Virus record (IMG/VR): IMGVR_UViG_3300048599_000897
Span: 81,477-102,299 of that record
DNA length: 20,823 nucleotides
Direction: 5' to 3' (one strand)
Origin: a virus
Shown here: positions 8,430-14,805 of the stretch, piece by piece
How positions within the stretch are numbered: position 1 is the first letter of the stretch
Layout: the number at the start of each line of letters is the position of its first letter
The notes under the pieces: generated by a model
Told to the model about the DNA's origin: nothing
Database searches by the model: none
What the model saw: only the letters and a program-made list of their open reading frames with translations
Position numbers and translations under genes: made by a program

Positions 8430-8989
8430 TGCTGATTGCACGAAGGTCACCCTTGGTCTCGCTCGCCGAGTATTTGCAGCAGCAGCTGGCGGTGTTTATG
8501 GCGGCGGGGCATCTCAAGCGCGCCGCCAGCGGGCACTTGCTCCGTAAGGCCACGGGGCATCTCGTCAACGATTGCCAGAATCCCTGCTCGTACTGCGTGC
8601 CCACGCCGGCGCCCGCCATCGGGACACTGCCCACGGCTCTGACCATTCAGAACTACCACGATCCAATATTCGACTTTCGCCCCTGCGGCTATGACAACCC
8701 GGCCCTGCCGTACTGGGACGGCGTGTTCCGCAATCCGTTCAACGATGGCGGGTATGTGACCTATGCGGGGACGAGCCAGCGGGTCAAAGGCATCGGGGGC
8801 GGGTGGGATTCTTCGGATTATCCCTACAGCTTTCTGTCGTTTGATCCCAACTGCGGCATTTGGAACATTTTCATTGGCGGCGCGGCCGACGCCTGGATCG
8901 GGGTCAAACCCGGCCTCAATCCCCTGGGAACCTACCTCTACTGCGATCCGGTGTGTGCCGCTGGACCCAATATGGTGACGCTCATATGA
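8426..8989 (+). CDS. Cys/Gly/aromatic-rich protein, possible receptor-binding/adhesin tip protein
   Basis: ATG at 8426 forms an ATGA overlap with the previous stop (alternative ATG at 8498). It has three GHL repeats, a CQNPCSYC cluster and a Trp/Tyr/Gly-rich C-terminal domain. Confidence 0.55.
   Translation: MMLIARRSPLVSLAEYLQQQLAVFMAAGHLKRAASGHLLRKATGHLVNDCQNPCSYCVPTPAPAIGTLPTALTIQNYHDPIFDFRPCGYDNPALPYWDGVFRNPFNDGGYVTYAGTSQRVKGIGGGWDSSDYPYSFLSFDPNCGIWNIFIGGAADAWIGVKPGLNPLGTYLYCDPVCAAGPNMVTLI
8507..8569 (+). repeat. Degenerate 24-bp-period coding repeat (GHLKRAAS-GHLLRKAT-GHLVN)
   Basis: gggcatctc at 8507, gggcacttg at 8531 and gggcatctc at 8555. Confidence 0.7.
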
Positions 8990-9345
8990 CCTGCCAGCAT
9001 TGGTCCGACATCGGCATCGCCGGGGCGGGGGCCTGCCAACGGGGTTTGCATGGTGGCCGGCCGAGCTTGGGATTATGCCAGGGCTGTCCCCAAAACACCG
9101 CCGCCGGGATTTGGCCGCCTGTCGCCCCACCGCAGCCCTGGCCGCGCTGGGCCCGCTGGCTCGCCAACCGTCGCGGCCCGAAGGACCAAGGGGTTGGCGA
9201 CACGTTGGCCCGTCTGCTCGACCCGCGGGGAGGCAAGACCTGGAAACGCTGGTATCAGGCCCTCACCGGGCATCCCTGCGGCTGTTTGGACCGCCAGCGC
9301 CGGCTCAACGCCTTGTTCCCGTATCCTCCGAAGGACTCTCCATGA
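8986..9345 (+). CDS. Small Cys-rich phage protein with a G.GDT.AR...CGC..R...LN motif
   Basis: The probable start is the ATG at 8986 (ATGA overlap), giving 119 aa with six Cys including CxxC and CGC. It ends in another ATGA overlap. Confidence 0.68.
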   Translation: MTCQHWSDIGIAGAGACQRGLHGGRPSLGLCQGCPQNTAAGIWPPVAPPQPWPRWARWLANRRGPKDQGVGDTLARLLDPRGGKTWKRWYQALTGHPCGCLDRQRRLNALFPYPPKDSP

Positions 9346-10031
9346 AACTCGTTTTCGCCAGCTCGCCCTCGCACGATGCGCTCAAGAAGTATTTCTTTCT
9401 GGGCACCCTTTGCGATCAATGGGAGCTTATTGAGATCCGCTACAAGGTGGGCGGCGAAGGCAATATGTACAGCCCCGCGTGGAACCATGTGGTCGGCGAC
9501 CGCATCGCAGCGTTGCTGAAGATCGTGCGGGAAGCACCCGGGGAGGTGATTGTCCATTCCGACGTCGATGTGCAGTGGTTTAGGTCCGCCCAATCGGCCA
9601 TCCTCAAGGCGCTGGAGGGGTGCGACATCGTCTTTCAGCGGGGTTGCTACCGCCGGGAGGTGGCCAATGCCGGGTTCTTCGCCGTTCGGAGCAATCCCGC
9701 AATTATCGCCCTGTTGGAACAGGAAGTCAGCGCGGTCCGCAGCGGGATCATGGACCAGGACTTCCTCAACGACTTGATTCTGCGTGGGCAGATGCCTTGT
9801 CGGTACGGGTTTCTGCCCAATCCCTTTTACCACGACTATCTGGCGGGGCCCACCACTCCAGCCAACGACGAACTGATCATTTACCACTCTGCCAATACCC
9901 CGGCGAGGGACGGCAAGTCTTCTGTGCAGATCAAGTTAGAACGGCATTTGGCCATGCGAGTTCGAGTTACGGGGACTTGCACTGTTTTGATACTCGATCA
10001 GTTCGCGGCGCATCCGGAGGTGTGCGAGTAA
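9342..10031 (+). CDS. GT-A fold glycosyltransferase, nucleotide-diphospho-sugar transferase type (GT77/GT8-like)
   Basis: ATG at 9342 (ATGA overlap, AAGGA RBS); 229 aa; DxD motif (IVHSDVDVQW), NAGFF, DQDFLN and a C-terminal IYHSAN followed by a Lys, in the order typical of this family. Confidence 0.85.
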   Translation: MKLVFASSPSHDALKKYFFLGTLCDQWELIEIRYKVGGEGNMYSPAWNHVVGDRIAALLKIVREAPGEVIVHSDVDVQWFRSAQSAILKALEGCDIVFQRGCYRREVANAGFFAVRSNPAIIALLEQEVSAVRSGIMDQDFLNDLILRGQMPCRYGFLPNPFYHDYLAGPTTPANDELIIYHSANTPARDGKSSVQIKLERHLAMRVRVTGTCTVLILDQFAAHPEVCE

Positions 10032-10207
10032 GGCTAATTTTTCGCCAAGGGAAACCCCTGATGATCTGGATCCCACCAAATGACCTACATTTTTAACGCC
10101 GTCAAGTATTCCCCATATTCGCTGGTGGTGGAGAGGGGGCTGGAAACGTGTCGGGAGGCACGCCGAACGGGATTTCTGTTTAAAACACAAAACGGACACG
10201 AATAGGG

Positions 10208-10876
10208 TCAGTTGGTGCGTGGATGAAGGGGGCTGGTTTTGCGTGCTTGGTCCAATTGGCCGGCGATTGCGTCGATCCGTCCTATGTCGTTCCCAGTTGC
10301 GGCATGTCTCCGGACGCGTAGCATGGTGTCCCATGCGGGGTCTCGGACGATTTCGAGGAAGAAGTACGAGAAGTGCTCGTCCGCGCTGTTGAAAGCATCG
10401 ATTATCTCCGTGTGTAACACCGCGCATTCTTCCGCGTACTTCTTGATCTCTGCCAGGCCGACGCCTTGGTCGAGTTCGTGGACAAGTTTGTTGCGTACCC
10501 TGCTGAGCTTTTCGCATGCTTCGATGAACTCTTTTTTCTGGTCAAAATCTACGGAGTGTTCGAGCATCTGCAGAAGTTGTCCGAACATGGCCTTGTCCAG
10601 CGCGGGTGTCAGTTGGCTCTTCGGAAAATTCCACCCGAATCCTTGGATGGCGAGGCAGATCTGGAGGGTGAATTGTGCGTTCTTGAGGGTGATGCGGGCG
10701 TAGTCTTCGCACATCTGGCTGGTGATGAGCACGTGGCTGAGGTAGCCGTCATAGGTGTTCCGCGCGTACGCCTCTTTGGCGAGGGTTTCGAGTGTGCTGT
10801 GTTGTTTGCTGCGGTACGTTGGCCACTTATCAGAGTCGAGCATGTGTTCGAGGGTTGTGATTGGGTCAGCCATCAT
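10208..10876 (-). CDS. Putative HEPN-domain protein (RNase-like effector)
   Basis: All-helical pattern; MFGQLL..L segment followed by the RxxxxH motif RNKLVH (10478-10495). The start is uncertain: ATG 10876/10873 is preferred over 11029, whose extension is low-complexity. Confidence 0.6.
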   Translation of the reverse strand: MMADPITTLEHMLDSDKWPTYRSKQHSTLETLAKEAYARNTYDGYLSHVLITSQMCEDYARITLKNAQFTLQICLAIQGFGWNFPKSQLTPALDKAMFGQLLQMLEHSVDFDQKKEFIEACEKLSRVRNKLVHELDQGVGLAEIKKYAEECAVLHTEIIDAFNSADEHFSYFFLEIVRDPAWDTMLRVRRHAATGNDIGRIDAIAGQLDQARKTSPLHPRTN

Positions 10877-11086
10877 GGCGTAGTAGTCACTCCACTTCGT
10901 TTTCGTGCGCGAGGTGCTTGGCGTCGTTGTTCCAGCTACAGTAAGTCCAGATGCCGAGCCTGTCCAGAAGAGGGGTAGCCACGCGGAATTGTGCCGACCA
11001 CCTATTCCTCCTCCATCCCCTTCAGGCATTGCCGTCGGAATTGACCATTCGGTAGGTTGCTGAACCCTTCAAACCAAATGCCCAAC

Positions 11087-12262
11087 TCATTCGGGACGGA
11101 AGGCTTGGTGGAGGAGAGTGGTGAAGAGGTGGTCGGCTTGACGGAGGGCTTCGCGTTGGGCGGCGCGGAGGTGTTCGGTACGGTGGACGAGGGCTGCGAA
11201 CTTCTGTTGGAGAGGGAGCGGTGGAACGGGAACTAGAATTTCCTTAAATTGTCCCAAGCTGAATCGAAGACGCGTGCCTTCAATCATGATTCGTTTCATT
11301 GCAGGCGACGCCATTGGGGAATTGAGAACCCCTTGCAAATATTCGGCCAACGCACGTTCGGTGTTTGGGCGAATGCGGATTACATCTTGTGTGATTATGC
11401 CATTTGGTTCCGTAGACGGGTAAATGGCCGCGACACCTGGAGGATCTCCAACTTTGGTGACGAGCACATCACCTGGATACGCGCTACAGAACTGAAGCTC
11501 CGAAGCCTTTTCTGAGGTGACGAAGGCAGTACTTGTGCGATCATAACGCCCAGAGCTGATATCGCGAATATAAATTACTGGTACGCCTGAAGTAGTAAGT
11601 TCAGAGGTGAGCAAATCGCTTCCGAAGGGGCCGTTCACGAAGGAGCTTTGCTCATCTTTTGCAAGCTCTTCGAGTGGCATGTTTGGGCAAGACCGGTCGC
11701 CGAAGAGTTTGAGGAAGGCGGCGGGGAGAAAGGAGTCGGTGAGTTGGAGGGCGTAGCGGCGGGTACGGCGGAGACGGTCGGCTTGTTCCAATCGCTGGGC
11801 GATTTGGCGTTGTTCGGGCAAGTCGAGATAAGGGATGCAAGTTTCAAATATGTCGTTATCTGAGACAGCGGGATAACTGGCACCATTAGCGATCTTAGTC
11901 AAGTGCGCCACAAACGGGGCCGATTGACTGAAATAGAAGAGATATTGCGGATCGAGACGCGTTGGTTGCGCTCGTAGAACACAGAAGCCCGTGGAGGCAA
12001 TCTCACCGTCGTACTCTGAGGGTACGAATGCAACAGCGTTGAGATTAGGCCGCACTGTGGAGACAAGCACATCGTCCGCGCATACAAGTTGTCGTGCCCG
12101 ACTCGGTGCTGCCTTGGCGGCAATGCGCTGGGGTGCCACAACTCGCTTCGCACCGCTGTCAACGGATGAAATGTCCAAATAGGTGATTGTTGGCCTTCCC
12201 AATTCTGCGGGATCGGTCCGGTTCACTTCGCCGACGAGGTTGCCTATTGGTTCCAGTTTCAT
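11087..12262 (-). CDS. hsdS: Type I restriction-modification specificity subunit
   Basis: 391 aa; two target-recognition domains (DDVLVSTVRPNL..STGF; GPFGS..GDVLVTKVG) separated by the conserved helices LPEQRQIA..L and VPPLPLQQKFA; ATGA overlap with the hsdM stop. Confidence 0.95.
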   Translation of the reverse strand: MKLEPIGNLVGEVNRTDPAELGRPTITYLDISSVDSGAKRVVAPQRIAAKAAPSRARQLVCADDVLVSTVRPNLNAVAFVPSEYDGEIASTGFCVLRAQPTRLDPQYLFYFSQSAPFVAHLTKIANGASYPAVSDNDIFETCIPYLDLPEQRQIAQRLEQADRLRRTRRYALQLTDSFLPAAFLKLFGDRSCPNMPLEELAKDEQSSFVNGPFGSDLLTSELTTSGVPVIYIRDISSGRYDRTSTAFVTSEKASELQFCSAYPGDVLVTKVGDPPGVAAIYPSTEPNGIITQDVIRIRPNTERALAEYLQGVLNSPMASPAMKRIMIEGTRLRFSLGQFKEILVPVPPLPLQQKFAALVHRTEHLRAAQREALRQADHLFTTLLHQAFRPE

Positions 12263-13965
12263 TTGAGGCTGTGTTCGAGTTCCTTGAGTACACCAGACGC
12301 CGCGCTGTCGAGATCACGAAGCCGTTGGAGCGTGACTTTGGGGTCTTCGTAAAATTCCTGATCCTGCTCCATTTGGCGATACCGGCTGGCGGAGAGGTCG
12401 TATTTGTTGGCCTTGACCTGATCCTTTGACACCCAGAACTGGCGAGAGAGGCGGTTGATTTCGGTTTGGAGTGGGGTCATTAGGCATTGGAGGTCGGCGA
12501 GTTCGGCTTCGGCTTTTTCACGGGCGGCACGCGCCTTGTCGGGTTGTTTGGAGATGACTTCTTCGAATTTGAGTCGGTGAATGATTGCATGGTGTTCGAG
12601 GCGGTCTTTCTTGAGGGGGGTGATTTGTTTTTGGAGGTCGGCGAGGCGTTGGGTGCGTTTGGCCTGGAATTTGGTATCGCGACGGTGTTGCCAGCATTCG
12701 AGCACATCGGGAATGTCGTTTTCGGCCACCTTCTGGCGTTTATCGTCCAGTGAGTAGCCATCGTGTTCCATGTCGTAGAACCAGATTTTTTCGGTGGTGC
12801 CACCCTTGGTGAAGAGGAGCACGGCGGTGGAGACACCGGCATAGGGGCGGAAGACACCAGAGGGCATGGAGACGACGCCATCGAGGCGGTTGTTTTCGAT
12901 GAGGAGTTTGCGGATATCGACATGGGCGTTGGAGGAACCGAAGAGCACGCCATCGGGGACGATAACGGCAGCACGCCCGCCGTTTTCGAGGAGGCGAAGG
13001 AACAGGTGGAGGAAAAGGATTTCGGTTTTCTTGCATTTAACAGGGAGAGTGGGGTTCACGTCGGCGGCATCGATCGCGCCCTTGAACGGCGGATTGGCGA
13101 GGACAACATCATAGCACCGTTCTTCACTGAAGCCTTTGGAGAGGGAGTCGGTGTAACGGAAGTTGGGGGTGGTAATGCCGTGGAGCATGAGGTTCATGGA
13201 ACCGATGCGGAGCATGGTCATGCCGGAGTCGGAGTCGAATCCGGTGAGGGCCTTGGTTTGTGAGAATTCCCACTCTTCCTTGGACAATTTGGCCCCGGTG
13301 AGGCCGTGGGGGTAGCCGTCCTCGTCGTAAGTGATATCGCGGGGGTCGGTGTGCGTTTCGAGAAGGTGCTGCCAGGCGTTGACGAGAAAGCCGCAAGTGC
13401 CAGCGGCAGGATCAACGATGCGTTCGCCGGGCTTGGGGTCGGCCATCGCGACCATCATGCGGATAATGTGGCGCGGGGTGCGGAATTGGCCATTCTGCCC
13501 GGCAGTGTTGAGTTTGGAGAGGAGGTATTCGTAGAGGTCGCCTTGCACGTCCTGATTCTGAGAGGATATCTGCATGGCGTCGATGGCCTTGCAGGCTTCG
13601 ATGAGGAGGGAGGGTTTATTGATCTTGAATTCAGCGTTTTCCATCTGGGCGGCGAAGGAGCCACCGGCACCGCCGAGGGTCTTGAGGAAAGGAAATACCT
13701 TTTCCTTGACGTGCTTGAGTGCGTCACCGGCAGGCAATTGCGTCCAGTGGGACCACCGAAGACAGGGATCGGGAAAGATGGGGGTGAATTTCTTGTTGCG
13801 GAGTCTGGCGGCGCGTTCGTCGTCTTGCTGGCGCTCGTCGAGGCGCTTGAGGAAGAGCAGAAAGGAGAGTTGCTCGATGGCGTCGAGTGGATTGGCGAGC
13901 CCGCCGGACCAGAGTTTGTCCCAAAGGGCATTGACGGCGGACTGGAGGGCGGGATCGGTGAGCAT
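12259..13965 (-). CDS. hsdM: Type I restriction-modification N6-adenine methyltransferase subunit
   Basis: GDLYEYLL, GQFRTPRHII, motif I DPAAGTCGFL, motif IV NPPF and VPDGVLFGS. ATG 13965 is preferred over TTG 13971. Confidence 0.96.
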   Translation of the reverse strand: MLTDPALQSAVNALWDKLWSGGLANPLDAIEQLSFLLFLKRLDERQQDDERAARLRNKKFTPIFPDPCLRWSHWTQLPAGDALKHVKEKVFPFLKTLGGAGGSFAAQMENAEFKINKPSLLIEACKAIDAMQISSQNQDVQGDLYEYLLSKLNTAGQNGQFRTPRHIIRMMVAMADPKPGERIVDPAAGTCGFLVNAWQHLLETHTDPRDITYDEDGYPHGLTGAKLSKEEWEFSQTKALTGFDSDSGMTMLRIGSMNLMLHGITTPNFRYTDSLSKGFSEERCYDVVLANPPFKGAIDAADVNPTLPVKCKKTEILFLHLFLRLLENGGRAAVIVPDGVLFGSSNAHVDIRKLLIENNRLDGVVSMPSGVFRPYAGVSTAVLLFTKGGTTEKIWFYDMEHDGYSLDDKRQKVAENDIPDVLECWQHRRDTKFQAKRTQRLADLQKQITPLKKDRLEHHAIIHRLKFEEVISKQPDKARAAREKAEAELADLQCLMTPLQTEINRLSRQFWVSKDQVKANKYDLSASRYRQMEQDQEFYEDPKVTLQRLRDLDSAASGVLKELEHSLK

Positions 13966-13967
13966 GA

Positions 13968-14801
13968 TCAAAAGGTTCCAATTTCTGTCAGGGAGAGGAT
14001 CGTAACGGGTGGAGCATTCTCTGGGAACAGTGATTTGCGAATGTTTTTGTCCAGATGGGCCATACGAACGGTTTTGGAGTCGGGCAGGACTACGGTGAAC
14101 AACTCACTCCCAGGCTTAAATGGAAGGAAAAATTCGGGTGCTGTTCCTTTCGGCCCATTCTTAAAGAACCGGGCGATTGAATCATGATAGACTACTCGCC
14201 ACTCACGTTCTTCCAAATACCCAAAGGCACTGCCAAACCTGCGGACCATGGGGTCAATAGAGGCCTTGGGACGAGGCTTCTTGACGGGTGATCGTCTCTT
14301 CCTTTTTGGTCGAACATCCTTGCGTTTCATCGCCTTGTTGAAATGACATAGGTAATCAAAATAATCCGACCATTTCTTTGGAATTTCCCCGTGCTCCTCG
14401 CTCTTAAAAAAAGAAGCCAATGACAAAAGGGCTTTAGCATAAGGCGCACATCTTCCACTATCCTTCATATACATAACTGGATGTCCCCCTCTATCACACA
14501 CGAATCGCTTTGGAAAACCAAGCCCCAGTCGTCCATAACAATCGGTGTGCGGCAGACTTTGTCCGAGCGACCACTCTGTGAAGCATGTGATTGGACGACT
14601 CACCTTGATCAAACTGCCGTCGCCCAAGCAATCAGGATTTCGGGGGGTCTTCACCCAGAGCCCGTTCTTGAGGGCGCCTCGCAAGCAATCAAGATATTCT
14701 TTTCTTAGTTCATCCGTCAGCTTCTTGCGTTCCATTTTTTTATCAATGTGCTCGCCTAGCCAGTGAAATAGTTGGTGCTTATGAAGGTTATATGAGGTCA
14801 T
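13968..14801 (-). CDS. AbiGi-like abortive-infection family protein inserted in the hsd operon
   Basis: 277 aa; LFHW, CFTE, H...YG.LGLGF.K.F....GG.PV.Y and Y.EEREWR motifs match the AbiGi pattern. It is visibly more AT-rich than the flanking hsd genes and has 4-nt and 2-nt gaps to its neighbours. Confidence 0.72.
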   Translation of the reverse strand: MTSYNLHKHQLFHWLGEHIDKKMERKKLTDELRKEYLDCLRGALKNGLWVKTPRNPDCLGDGSLIKVSRPITCFTEWSLGQSLPHTDCYGRLGLGFPKRFVCDRGGHPVMYMKDSGRCAPYAKALLSLASFFKSEEHGEIPKKWSDYFDYLCHFNKAMKRKDVRPKRKRRSPVKKPRPKASIDPMVRRFGSAFGYLEEREWRVVYHDSIARFFKNGPKGTAPEFFLPFKPGSELFTVVLPDSKTVRMAHLDKNIRKSLFPENAPPVTILSLTEIGTF

Positions 14802-14805
14802 AGTG

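Larger units (their letters stand above)
1..10031 (+). mobile_element. Phage/prophage virion morphogenesis operon (siphovirus-like; capsid to tail tip), left end outside the window
   Basis: About 18 co-oriented genes with very short gaps or ATGA/TAATG overlaps, in the canonical order capsid, cement, connectors, tail tube, chaperone, tape measure, tail tip. No sheath or baseplate wedge genes were recognised. No integrase, att site or lysis genes are visible, so the right boundary is approximate (strand switch after 10031). Confidence 0.93.

Noticed and set aside
8860-8985. Earlier start for the Cys-rich ORF 8860..9345
   Set aside because: It would overlap the upstream gene by 130 nt. ATG 8986 fits the operon's overlap pattern.
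9000-9341. N-terminal extension of the glycosyltransferase ORF (343 aa)
   Set aside because: It overlaps the 8986-9345 gene in another frame. ATG 9342 has an RBS and an ATGA coupling.
7611-10207. Diversity-generating retroelement or invertible tail-fibre cassette
   Set aside because: I found no template/variable repeat pair, reverse transcriptase, invertase or long inverted repeats by eye.
11080-11086. GTTGGGC on the minus strand right after the hsdS stop, as a cassette core site for the HEPN gene
   Set aside because: There is no RYYYAAC or attC-like palindrome after the HEPN gene's stop, so it is probably chance.
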